The translations under genes were made by a program, and so were the position numbers. Positions 28,489 through 37,651 of a DNA stretch of 64,000 bases are shown here, piece after piece; the stretch's first letter is position 1, and every line of letters starts with the position of its first letter. Origin of the DNA: Candidatus Marinacidobacterales bacterium (lineage in GTDB: Bacteria; Acidobacteriota; Vicinamibacteria; Marinacidobacterales; DATDRI01); assembly GCA_965226495.1 (NCBI GenBank), contig OZ245365.1:3232001-3296000 (forward strand), given 5' to 3'. Below the pieces are notes generated by a model that was not told the origin of the DNA, did not search any database, and was given only the letters and a program-made list of their open reading frames with translations.

Positions 28489-28822
28489 GACCCAAGAAGA
28501 GCTAGGCGTCTTCTTCCTTCTTCGCGCTGGCCCGGAGCACTTTTGGCACCAAGTTGCCACCAGAGCAGAGCGGACGCTGTCCCTCTCGAGATCGCCGATT
28601 TGAAAAGTCGAACGGCAGACTCCTATAATCCGCCGAACGGCCACGCGGGTATATTTGTATATCCAGACCCACCAGACGCGGCATATCCCGGGGCAGGAAA
28701 CAACGGATCATGCCCAACACGAATAGTCTGAGTTACATGAACGAAGACACCCACGCTGCGATATCCAATACCTGGACCGGCTTGGATGTGCTATCGAATT
28801 ATCCAGATCTAGATACTTACTG

Positions 28823-29354
28823 TTCGGCGGGCATTGCTTGATGTACAAGACACTCAGCTTTCAGTATGCCGGGGCGCTAGATTGGGAGTATGACGAGACT
28901 GGGGAGCCGGTAACTCCGGGCGGCAGGGCGCTCACGGAGAGGATTGCTGCCTCTTTGACGTGCGAGACGGTACGGTCCGCGGCGGTCGAACAACACGAGT
29001 ACTACGGATGGGGTTTTACCAGCGAACTCGGACGAGATTCCTTCTACAACGTGCTTAATGCGGTGGACCCAGACGTCTTCTTCACGGTCAAAATGGAATG
29101 GTATCTAGCGAAGAAAACACTGTTTCGCTCCCCAGAGATAGCTTTGAAGCGATATTGCCAGATTCTGCGCGATGCTGTTTCCTCTCTCGACGGAGTCAGC
29201 GAGGTGAAGTGGGAGGAACAACGCCGTTGATTTGCGGGAGCCGCCGAACAATGCGTTGGAGTCGGACGGCGCCGAGGCTTCTTGGGCGCGTGAGATACTG
29301 CCGCAGGGGGGCGGTGTCGGCGGCGCTCCAGCCGCGCCGCCACTCAACGCACTG
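28823..29354 (+). mobile_element. Integron gene cassette 1
   Basis: Starts at G|TTCGGCGG (28822), which is complementary to CCGCCGAAC at the start of the attC at 29241. One ORF lies in between. Confidence 0.75.
28838..29230 (+). CDS. Hypothetical protein (cassette gene)
   Basis: 130-aa ORF that fills cassette 1. Confidence 0.7.
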   Translation: MMYKTLSFQYAGALDWEYDETGEPVTPGGRALTERIAASLTCETVRSAAVEQHEYYGWGFTSELGRDSFYNVLNAVDPDVFFTVKMEWYLAKKTLFRSPEIALKRYCQILRDAVSSLDGVSEVKWEEQRR

Positions 29355-29360
29355 TTATAC
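29243..29360 (+). other. attC site 1
   Basis: R'' GCCGAAC, L'' GTTGGAG, L' CTCAAC (extrahelical G), R' GTTATAC. Confidence 0.8.
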
Positions 29361-29594
29361 AGGCGATTTCAACGGAACCATCAAAGCTTTGCTGAGAATC
29401 CCGCCGGGGCCCAGATAAGTGGCCGTCGAGCGAAAGGACGCTCGAGGTATTTCCTAGTGCACAATGGGCACCGATCGTGCCATCAGCGCGTTAACTCCAT
29501 GTCTCACGACGTGATACGACAGCCCGACTGATACACAATCAGTAGGTGTGCAGCGTCGAGCTCCCGTGAATGTCGCTTACCGAATCGGGCGGCC

Positions 29595-31120
29595 TTAATC
29601 CTGGCCTGTCGAGAACGACAGCAACTCCTCCGGTTTTCTGGGAACGCCTCCCTTGATCACCCACTCGATGGCTCGAGCGTTCCGGACGTCCTCTAGCGGA
29701 TTGGCGCTCAAGACGACTAGATCTGCTAGCTTACCCGGCTCGATGCTGCCAATTTCATTGTCCACTCCCAAGGCGATAGCTCCCCCGTAGGTTGCCGCCA
29801 CCAGGACCTCGGCCGGGCTCAGACCCGCCTCCTGGAGGAACTGCATTTCGAGATGCGAGCCGATGCCGACCGGACCTGCGTCGGATCCGAGAGCAACGGT
29901 GACACCTCGGGCCTGAGCCTCGCGCGTGTTCTCTTGCAGGTGCTCCCACAACGTGGCTAGGGCCGGAGGCAGTCCGGGGAATCGAGAGGTCGCGCCGGAC
30001 GCAGCGTTCGCTCTTTGCTCGTACCGCGCCAGCTCACTGTCGGAGAGTCTCCTTTTGAAGTTCTCATCCGATAGGATGCGTTTCGCGTAGGCTTGCTGGT
30101 CTCCATTAGCAAGAATCACCAGGTGCGTCGGTGTCCAGACGATGTTTCGCACGCGCATCTCTTCCCACGTCGGAGGAATCAGCAGCTTAACCGAGCGCGG
30201 GGAACCGTACGGAGATTTGACAGGAAAATTAAGACTTGACCGTCCGGGGAATCGAGTCGCGCCGGACCAGCGTTCGCTCTTTTCGTACCGCGCCAGCTCC
30301 ATGTTCTCATCAGGAGTTTCGCGCTTGCTGGCTCCGGAATCACCAAGAACACGCGCATCTCTTCCCAGAGTTTCTCGTCCACCTCCGAGTCCATTGTTCC
30401 ATGCATCAAGGCGTTGGCTCCGGCAAGAACGGCCTCTCGAGTGTCGGCGAGCTGCGTGACATGAACATAGACCCTCATGTCCAATGTTCTAGCTTCATCG
30501 ACCAGGGCGGAAAAGACCTCTGCTCGAAGCCGCGGCACCTTCTTCGAACCCATCCAGAGGACACCGTCGTCCTGAATGATCTTGATCTGCCGGAATCCCT
30601 GGTCCTTGCATTTCCTAACCATCCGTCGGGCAGCGTCGGCCGTGTGCGGTTTGAAGAGCTCCAGTCCCGGCATGACATTCTGCGGAAACCCGCCGCTGAA
30701 AAACGGGCTCATGTGAAGGCGGGGAGAGAGAGTCTTGGGCGATTGCGATCGCGCTTCCAGCTGGCGGGGATCGTCCGGGAGAGACCCGGGCATCAAGTGG
30801 ATGGTGGTGAATCCCATGGCCAAATACGTTTGAAGCGCCTCCTCGGAGCTGGAGTGCGTGTGGACATCCACAAATCCCGGGACGACCCACTTTTGCTTCC
30901 CATCGATGACCCGCGCGCCCTCCGGTATCGTAATGCTCCCCTCACTGCCGACGGCGAGCACGCGGTCGCCTTCGAGGACGATGACCGCATCAGCCTGCAG
31001 CACCCCCGTCTTCCCATCGATCAAGTTCGTGGGCGAGATGACCACTCTTCGCGCCTGGCCGATCGCCAGGATAGCGGAAGCATGCGCGAGGAATAACACA
31101 AGAGCAAGGACCCTTTTCAT
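29595..31120 (-). pseudogene. Secreted amidohydrolase, interrupted by a 200-bp insertion (30168..30367); inverted gene of cassette 2
   Basis: PGFVDVHTH, YVHVT, LMHG, GSDAG, GSIEPGKLADLVVL. Removing 200 bp fuses DEKLWEEMRV to RNIVWTP in frame (about 441 aa). Confidence 0.8.
30166..30241 (+). mobile_element. 76-bp copy of the right end of the IS256 element
   Basis: Identical to 34115..34190, including the terminal IR. Confidence 0.9.
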
Positions 31121-31290
31121 GCAGCACCTTCCTAGTTTCATGCGGTGGCGCCGACCGCCCGGCCGACTCCGACCACCGCTCGTTCTAGCCTGGAATCTAG
31201 TCGTTCGACAGGTGGGATTCAAACGGCTTGGGTGTGCGGGATTGCGCCACCTCAGGGGAAGGCAAAGCTGGCAATGGTGAAGCCAGAGCT

Positions 31291-31396
31291 GTATAACAGC
31301 CGCTGGAGGCGACGGCCGACTTTTCCTGATTCAACGACCGAATCAGCTTTACGCTATCTTCAACGAAGTCGGCCGCAGCTCAGCTTTTCGTTAGGC
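31291..31396 (+). other. attC site 2
   Basis: R'' GTATAAC (exact complement of GTTATAC at 29354), L'' GCTGGAG, L' CTCAGC, inner stem CGGCCGACTT/AAGTCGGCCG, R' GTTAGGC. Confidence 0.8.
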
Positions 31397-31405
31397 AGTC
31401 GAAGA

Positions 31406-31816
31406 ATGAATGAGGGTCGCACGGTAGCTTGGGTTGGAACCGCGATCGTCGTCGTGCACGGGCTAGTCAACGCAGCACACGCGACGGCTCATTCGGAACT
31501 AGGCGTCGAAATGTCGAAGTGGCAGGAAACCTTTATTCTGGTCGTCATTGGTCTGAGTCCCCTTGCAGCCGCGGTGCTTCTTTGGACGGCCCACGCACGG
31601 TTAGGCGCGGTCATCCTTGCCGGCGCGATGGCGGCGGCATTCGTGTTCGGAGTCTACTATCACTACGTGGCTGTTTCGCCGGACCATGTGGGGCATTTGC
31701 CGCCGGGGGATGCACGTGGCTTGTTTCGAGCAAGTGCTTTGTTTGTTGCTGTTACTCAAGCTCTGGGCACTGTTGTGGGCCTATGGGGTATCCGAACGCT
31801 TCGAGGTGCATCATAG
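31406..31816 (+). CDS. His-rich four-TM membrane protein (cassette 3 gene)
   Basis: ATG 10 bp after attC2; VHGLVNAAHATAH, YYHY..SPDHVGH. Confidence 0.7.
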   Translation: MNEGRTVAWVGTAIVVVHGLVNAAHATAHSELGVEMSKWQETFILVVIGLSPLAAAVLLWTAHARLGAVILAGAMAAAFVFGVYYHYVAVSPDHVGHLPPGDARGLFRASALFVAVTQALGTVVGLWGIRTLRGAS

Positions 31817-31861
31817 ATGCTTGTCGTGGCCGAGGAGGTCTGTAGTGTCCTGAGTCTTTGG

Positions 31862-32788
31862 TTACACACTGAGTCCTGTTTTCTGTCTAAGGCGTTCATA
31901 CGGGGTCTGGCCGTCTAAGCCTCCATGAGGTCGATGGTAGTTATAGTACTTCTCCCACTCGCTCAGTTTTGCATTGAATAGGTGAATGTCGTCGCTGACC
32001 CCGTCCTTGTCTAGAAGCTGGTAAAACTCTTGGTCGTCGGTGCGATGAGAGCGTTCGACCTTGCCGTTCAATCGAGGGGTCCGGGGCGTGATGTATACGT
32101 GGGATATGTCTTTGTCCTGAAGGTGCCAGTGAAACCTCGACTGGAATTCAGCACCGTTGTCGGTTTGTATGACGTGAATTCTGAAGGGTAATCGGTGGAT
32201 GACTTCATCGATGAACTGAATGGCCGTCTTTTGACTGCAGGCATCGAATATCTTCAAGACCCGTATCCTTGTACAGTCGTCTACGGCCGTGAACTGATAG
32301 AACCTTCTCCGGGTGCCTGGTATTCTCTCCAGGAACTTTACATCTACCTGCAGCCTATGACCAGGCTGGCGTCTCTCGTACCGCTTCCAGCGCTTCTTGT
32401 GGGCTCGATGTTTTTGACTTGCGGGCAATCGACTCAGGCCATTGCGCTCCAGGACTCGGTGAACCGTGGAAGCGGCGATTTTTATCTGATGATATCGATG
32501 CAGGTAGGAAGCGATTCTCGCCGGACCAAAGTGGTAGTTTTGCCGCAAGTAGAGAATCTTGCTGACCGTCTGTTTGGGAGTCTCACGGGGGCAATTCTTG
32601 GGCCTCCTTGGTCTATCACAGAGGCTGGCCTCGCCATGGGCCTCGTACCGAGCCAGCCACTTGTAGAAAGTCTTCCGCGAGATCCCGAAATATCTACAAG
32701 TTCTTGAGACATTATGAGTTGTTTCGGCTGCGTGACGAATGATCTTCATTCGCCAATTCACTAGCCGCTGTCGTTCCGTCTTCTTCAT
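31862..32788 (-). CDS. IS481-family transposase
   Basis: N-terminal HTH; DDE motifs QVDVK, QTDNGAEF, NGKVERSH; YNYHRPH. Confidence 0.9.
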   Translation of the reverse strand: MKKTERQRLVNWRMKIIRHAAETTHNVSRTCRYFGISRKTFYKWLARYEAHGEASLCDRPRRPKNCPRETPKQTVSKILYLRQNYHFGPARIASYLHRYHQIKIAASTVHRVLERNGLSRLPASQKHRAHKKRWKRYERRQPGHRLQVDVKFLERIPGTRRRFYQFTAVDDCTRIRVLKIFDACSQKTAIQFIDEVIHRLPFRIHVIQTDNGAEFQSRFHWHLQDKDISHVYITPRTPRLNGKVERSHRTDDQEFYQLLDKDGVSDDIHLFNAKLSEWEKYYNYHRPHGGLDGQTPYERLRQKTGLSV

Positions 32789-32791
32789 GTT

Positions 32792-34190
32792 GGTGATGTC
32801 TTAAGATTCCTGTCAAAGAAAAACGATGTATGGTTCCCCAAGCTCAAACCCGTCCCCGTCATGGGACAGAAAAGGAGAACCATACATCATGGGAAAGGTA
32901 CTACCGAGTCAGCGATTGCTCAAGCAGTTCGAGGAACAACTGGTATTTGGGGAGATGAATCTCTCGGAGATCGTCCGGTCGGGAGCTCAGATGATGCTTC
33001 AATATGCGTTGGAGCGCGAGGTGACGGAGGCGTTGGGTCGAAACTACTATGAGAACGCTCCGGCAACGACGAAGGAGAAGGGACGACGCAACGGGTATGA
33101 GTCGCATCGGGTCCTCACGGGCGAGGGAGCGGTGACGGTGCAAGTGCCGCGGGTACGAGAAACAGAGAAGGTGTTTCAGTCAAAGATTCTCGACGCCTAC
33201 GTGAGCCGGACCGAGAAACTCGATGAACTGATCGCGCGGATGTACGTCCACGGGATGTCGACGCGTGACATTGAGGCGACGTTCGCGGACGTGCTGAGCG
33301 GCACGGGTGTCTCGAAGTCGGTGGTGAGCCGGGTCACACGGTGTCTGTCGGAGGATTTCGAGGCGTTTCGAAAACGGGATCTCTCGAACGAGAAGCTGTT
33401 GTATCTCGAGCTCGACGGCACGTACCTGCGCTACCACCAAGGAGCGGAGAGGAAAGAGCCCATCCTCGTTGCGACCGGCTATCGCGCTGATGGGACGCGA
33501 GTTCTTCTTCATATCGGTGTCGGCAACCGAGAATCCTACGAGAACTGGAAGGGGTTCTTGCAGGAGATGGTGGCCCGAGGAATGAGGGAGCCGTTGCTCA
33601 TCGTGACGGACGGGAATCCTGGAGTGCTCAAAGCGATCGCAGAGGTCTTCCCTCGAAGCCTCAAGCAACGTTGCCAGAAGCACCGCCTCGAGAACATCCT
33701 GGGCAAGGCTCCGAAGGAAGTGCGCGACGAACTCAAGGCGGCCATCCTTGAGTCGTTCCATGCGAACAGCTACGAGCAAGGGCTGAAGAAGGGTCGGGAG
33801 GTGATCGCTCGGTACCGTCAACGATTCCCGAGCGCGATGAAGTGCATGGAAGAGACCCTCGAAGCGTGTCTTCAGGCGCTACGCCTTCCTGCGGCGCATC
33901 ACAAAAGGCTTCGCACGTCGAATCTACTTGAGCGCACGTTCGGAGAGCACAAACGTCGCACAAAGGTCATTCCTCACTTCTTCACCGAGGAGGCCGCGAT
34001 GAAACTCTCGTTCGCTGTGCTCTTGGCCGTCGCAAACAAATGGCGCGGCGTGAGGATGGATGTCTTCGCCGCTAGGAAAGTCGAGGAGCTTCGCAACGAG
34101 CTTCTCCCGCAAGGCACGTCGGAGGAATCAGCAGCTTAACCGAGCGCGGGGAACCGTACGGAGATTTGACAGGAAAATTAAGACTTGACC
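32792..34190 (+). mobile_element. IS256-family element with 8-bp target duplication
   Basis: IRL GGTGATGTCTTAAGATTCCTGTCAAA, IRR TTTGACAGGAAAATTAAGACTTGACC; DR TTCATGTT at 32784..32791 and 34191..34198. Confidence 0.92.
32889..34139 (+). CDS. IS256-family transposase
   Basis: RNGY, GMSTRDI, LDG, TDG..G, QRCQKH, TSNLLER. ATG at 32889 after an AGGAG RBS. Confidence 0.92.
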   Translation: MGKVLPSQRLLKQFEEQLVFGEMNLSEIVRSGAQMMLQYALEREVTEALGRNYYENAPATTKEKGRRNGYESHRVLTGEGAVTVQVPRVRETEKVFQSKILDAYVSRTEKLDELIARMYVHGMSTRDIEATFADVLSGTGVSKSVVSRVTRCLSEDFEAFRKRDLSNEKLLYLELDGTYLRYHQGAERKEPILVATGYRADGTRVLLHIGVGNRESYENWKGFLQEMVARGMREPLLIVTDGNPGVLKAIAEVFPRSLKQRCQKHRLENILGKAPKEVRDELKAAILESFHANSYEQGLKKGREVIARYRQRFPSAMKCMEETLEACLQALRLPAAHHKRLRTSNLLERTFGEHKRRTKVIPHFFTEEAAMKLSFAVLLAVANKWRGVRMDVFAARKVEELRNELLPQGTSEESAA

Positions 34191-34268
34191 TTCATGTTGC
34201 ACTACCTCCCTGCAGCACTTAAAAGAAGACTAGTGTGTCACCTCTGTCCTGGGGTTTTACAGAGCGCC

Positions 34269-34372
34269 GTCTAACGAGCAGTTGCAGCAGACGAAGCGCG
34301 AGTATGATGCAGGGGCTGTCCAAGCTCTTACGTCATCGAGTCGCGCTTCGCGGCTGAACGGCCCTGCTATAC
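34269..34372 (+). other. attC site 3 (degenerate R')
   Basis: R'' GTCTAAC, L'' GTTGCAG, L' CTGAAC, inner stem CGAAGCGCGA/TCGCGCTTCG. R' reads GCTATAC instead of GTT. Confidence 0.7.
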
Positions 34373-35485
34373 CGCCCGACAGCAAGGGGTCGTGGGGGAT
34401 GCCAAAAGAGAGCCACCGCAATCTCCTTTGTCTGCCGTCGAATTCCCGCGCCCAACGTACCAGCCATCGCTAGCCCCTGGATCACGTGATCCAAGATTGG
34501 AAACCGCTCGCACGCTATAAGGCATTCCAGCATCTCGGGAAATCATGGCGCCGCCCACTCGCTGTGGGGTCGAAGAGATAGACGGCTTGCTCTTCGAACG
34601 TCCCTTCGAACTCGGCAGGGGCAACGGCTTTTCGATAACTCCTAATGGCCCCTCCCAAGTCAGTCGGTTGGGAGCCCGACCCTTGACCTTCAATCGCCCC
34701 TCGGTGATCGCGGCGTGACACACCGCGCAGACCGTGTGGAGATTCCAAGTCTCGTCGGGACCACCCCGAGCCCGCGGGATGATGTGGTTCGCACTCAAAG
34801 CAGTTCGATTGCTGCACCCAGGCCGGGTGCACTTCCAGCCGGCTCGCTCGGCGACCTTTCGCACGTAGCCGCCATCGGTCTCGGGTCCGTCTCCAAACGC
34901 CGGCGTTATTGCATACCCGCAAAGCGCCTCAGCGCACATGAGATCGAATACCTCGATGTCGCTCAAGGTCTTTCCCGCCAAACGCTCGAGCGCCTCTCTC
35001 GCCTGCTCCCACGCCTCGACTCGATCACCTTCGAGCATGAAGAAGAGAGATTTCCTCGTCGTCGGTGGCTGCTTTCTTTTGACTTCCTGTTCGAGCTGGC
35101 GATTGCTCATGTTCTTGCAACGGTCGAGCCACTTGGCTTCGGTCTTGGGTGTCGCGACTTTGACGACCTCTCGCGCCTTGGTCCAAGGGATGTCTCCTTT
35201 CTGGAAGGCCGCCTTTAATCGCGGGAGTTCTTCGAAACGTTCTGCCATGTTTAGCAGCGACGGCGTCTTGCGATCCTCGAAACCCAGTCGTTCGCGAGCG
35301 TAATCGACGGTCGAGGCGAAACCGTATTTCAGGTAGAGTTGCCGGTTCTCGACCTCCTGGAGGTAGAAGCACAAAACGGACTCCACCCGGCGGTGTACTC
35401 GAGCGGCGGAAACCAGGCGTCGATCGACCTCGCTCGGGGGAAGACCTTTGGTCATTTCAAGAACGACTTCGGCAGGCACGGACAT
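34367..35485 (-). CDS. DUF222-like plus HNH endonuclease
   Basis: YGFASTVDYARERLG, GDIPWTKARE; RAGWKCTRPGC...NHIIPRARGGPDETWNLHTVCAVCH. Confidence 0.8.
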   Translation of the reverse strand: MSVPAEVVLEMTKGLPPSEVDRRLVSAARVHRRVESVLCFYLQEVENRQLYLKYGFASTVDYARERLGFEDRKTPSLLNMAERFEELPRLKAAFQKGDIPWTKAREVVKVATPKTEAKWLDRCKNMSNRQLEQEVKRKQPPTTRKSLFFMLEGDRVEAWEQAREALERLAGKTLSDIEVFDLMCAEALCGYAITPAFGDGPETDGGYVRKVAERAGWKCTRPGCSNRTALSANHIIPRARGGPDETWNLHTVCAVCHAAITEGRLKVKGRAPNRLTWEGPLGVIEKPLPLPSSKGRSKSKPSISSTPQRVGGAMISRDAGMPYSVRAVSNLGSRDPGASDGWYVGRGNSTADKGDCGGSLLASPTTPCCRAV

Positions 35486-35536
35486 GGCACTTACTCCTTT
35501 TAAAATGAGTGGGTTGCTATGAAAACCCGATACTCG

Positions 35537-35565
35537 AATATAGGAGTATATTAGGTGAATGTCAA
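35537..35565 (-). promoter_or_regulatory. Near-consensus sigma70 promoter of the HNH gene
   Basis: Minus strand TTGACA-17 bp-TATATT, followed by an AAGGAG RBS. Confidence 0.75.
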
Positions 35566-35882
35566 GTCATGTCATACGCACAATCTAACTAATTAGAAAC
35601 AAAGGACTTAGACAGAAAAACCAAAGGGTCGAAGGACCTGGCCGGTGGCTCAACTCATTGATAAAACAGTACTTACGCGCCCGGGCGCGGGCAAAAGACG
35701 TCTCTTCCCTTTCGAGGCTGCCCCCGTCGCCGACCCCGGTCCGTTCCGTCGTCCTCGTCTAGCGTCTGACGCCCGGCCTCGTTTCGGCAACCGACGCCCG
35801 GCAAACTTCCCTCGTGGCAAGCTTAGCAGGCATCCCTTTTTGGCGACTTACTGGCTCAATCCAGTAAAATAGTCAGTCGACC

Positions 35883-36785
35883 ATGAAGAACCTAGTTCCC
35901 CTGCCGTATCGCCGGGTCTCGGTCCAGCCCTACGAACGCGAGATGACGGAAAAGCCCATCCGCGCGCACCTGATGGGCCGGGAGACGTATCGGCGGACGG
36001 ACTTCATCGTCCTGAGGAAGGGCCCAGACAGTAAGGAGACGGCGGTCGTCGAGGTCACGGCCCCCGATAGGGAGAGTCTCTTCAGCCCCATCGATTCGGT
36101 CCGGATCGTGGCCCTGCCCGAAACCTGTGTCTTCGTCGAAGCCCCGGAGACCGATCCGGCCAACCCCTCCTCCCTGGCAGCCAAGGCGCACGAGCTCGGG
36201 ATCGAGGGCGAGCAAACGCTGGTGGTGCGCGGCAAGTACGAGCACGTCGGCTTCATTCACCACCCCGATCCCATGGTCATCCGTGTCGTAGAAGTTTCTC
36301 CGCCGGAGCCGCCCAAGCTCTTCGACCTCGCCCAACGCGTGCTCAGCTATGCGGAGCTTCCCCCAATACGGTTGGAGCTCACCCGCATCGACCTGAACGA
36401 GCTCGCCGAAGGCCACTCCCCTTCCGCCTTTCTGGTACCTTGCCGCTCCGGAGGACTGGATGGGCTCAAGGCACCGGTGTACTTTCTGGACGAGCGTCCG
36501 GCACGGCTCGATTGGACGATGATCGGGTGCGAGCGCAGTCTACAGTTCCATCGTCACTACTACGGCGACGAGCCGCCCCGCATAGAGCTCTGCCCGCGCC
36601 AATTGGCCGGCGAGAACGACGCTCCAACGCTACTCAAGTGTTGCCTCCTCGAGTTCGATTCCGAGCTCGACGAAAATGTTGCGATAGCACCCTGGGGCGC
36701 TGATCTGGCGATGGTGGAGAAGGCCATTCGTCAACTCGTGGCGGTCGCGGAGCGCGCACCCGCCGAAGCTACCAAAGCTACGTGA
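35883..36785 (+). CDS. Cys-rich hypothetical protein heading the CoM-biosynthesis-like operon (xcbA position)
   Basis: 300 aa; PCRSGG, IGCERS, LCPR, KCC. Co-oriented 18 bp before comA. The XcbA link is positional only. Confidence 0.7.
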   Translation: MKNLVPLPYRRVSVQPYEREMTEKPIRAHLMGRETYRRTDFIVLRKGPDSKETAVVEVTAPDRESLFSPIDSVRIVALPETCVFVEAPETDPANPSSLAAKAHELGIEGEQTLVVRGKYEHVGFIHHPDPMVIRVVEVSPPEPPKLFDLAQRVLSYAELPPIRLELTRIDLNELAEGHSPSAFLVPCRSGGLDGLKAPVYFLDERPARLDWTMIGCERSLQFHRHYYGDEPPRIELCPRQLAGENDAPTLLKCCLLEFDSELDENVAIAPWGADLAMVEKAIRQLVAVAERAPAEATKAT

Positions 36786-36803
36786 CATAGGAGAAAAGCA
36801 TTC

Positions 36804-37640
36804 ATGACCAAAGCTTGGACTTCCATCTTTCCTGAGCTGGCGGCCCGCTCGCGGAAACCACGAACTCGCGGCGTGACGATGCTGCTGGACAAGTGCCAGG
36901 GCCCCGCGGCCACCGAAGATCTCCTGGCCATGTCGGGGGACTACATCGACTTTTGGAAGATGTCTTACGGAACGTCGGCTCTCCTCGACGACGGTTTCCT
37001 ACGTCGCAAGATTGAAACGATCGGCCAGCACGACATCATCGTCCACCCTGGCGGCACATTGGCGGAATACGGGATCATGCGAGGTCTCACCCGAGAGTAC
37101 GTCCGACACTGCCAGGCTCTCGGTTTCACCGGTGTCGAGATCTCGGATGGCACGATCGAAATGTCGCCCAGTGTGCGCCGGGATGCCATTCGGTACGCCC
37201 GGGATCTCGGTTTAACCGTCATCACCGAGGTCGGTAAGAAAGACCCCAACGAGCAACCTGCGGTCGAGCTGCTAGCGGAACAAGCGCTAGGCGACTTCGA
37301 TGCGGGCGCCTCCTGGGTCATCGTCGACGCGCGTGAGTCGGGTCGAGGAGTGGGGGTGTTCGACGCGGATGGCACCGTCCGCGAGGAAGCTGTCGATGCT
37401 ATGGTCGATATCTTGGAAGGCCACCTCGATAAGATGATCTGGGAGACGCCGCTCAAGAAACAGCAGGAGTACTTCATCATCCGCTTCGGCCCGCATGTCG
37501 GACTCGGCAACATCCAACCGCGCGACGTCCTGGCACTTGAATCGATGCGCACCGGTATCCGCTTCGAGACTTTCCACGCCTTTGCCGAGAAGCTCCTCGA
37601 AGAGGCCCAGCAGGCTCGAGACGCGGCGGACGACGGATAA
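36804..37640 (+). CDS. comA: Phosphosulfolactate synthase (ComA/XcbB)
   Basis: KPRTRGVTMLLDK, PGGTLAE, VEISDG, TEVGKKD, ARESG, GLGNI. Confidence 0.9.
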   Translation: MTKAWTSIFPELAARSRKPRTRGVTMLLDKCQGPAATEDLLAMSGDYIDFWKMSYGTSALLDDGFLRRKIETIGQHDIIVHPGGTLAEYGIMRGLTREYVRHCQALGFTGVEISDGTIEMSPSVRRDAIRYARDLGLTVITEVGKKDPNEQPAVELLAEQALGDFDAGASWVIVDARESGRGVGVFDADGTVREEAVDAMVDILEGHLDKMIWETPLKKQQEYFIIRFGPHVGLGNIQPRDVLALESMRTGIRFETFHAFAEKLLEEAQQARDAADDG

Positions 37641-37651
37641 CGAGAGAACCC

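Larger units (their letters stand above)
31841..34261 (-). mobile_element. IS481-family element, interrupted by IS256
   Basis: TGT...ACA ends with imperfect IRs (TGTAGTGTCC..GGTTACACACT / AGTGTGTCACC..TTTTACA). Confidence 0.8.

Noticed and set aside
28544-28557. Sigma54 promoter TGGCACCAAGTTGC
   Set aside because: The GG-GC spacing is 9, not the required 10.
28500-28820. Possible integron integrase upstream of the first cassette
   Set aside because: Only about 330 bp are available, and the short ORFs show no tyrosine-recombinase motifs.
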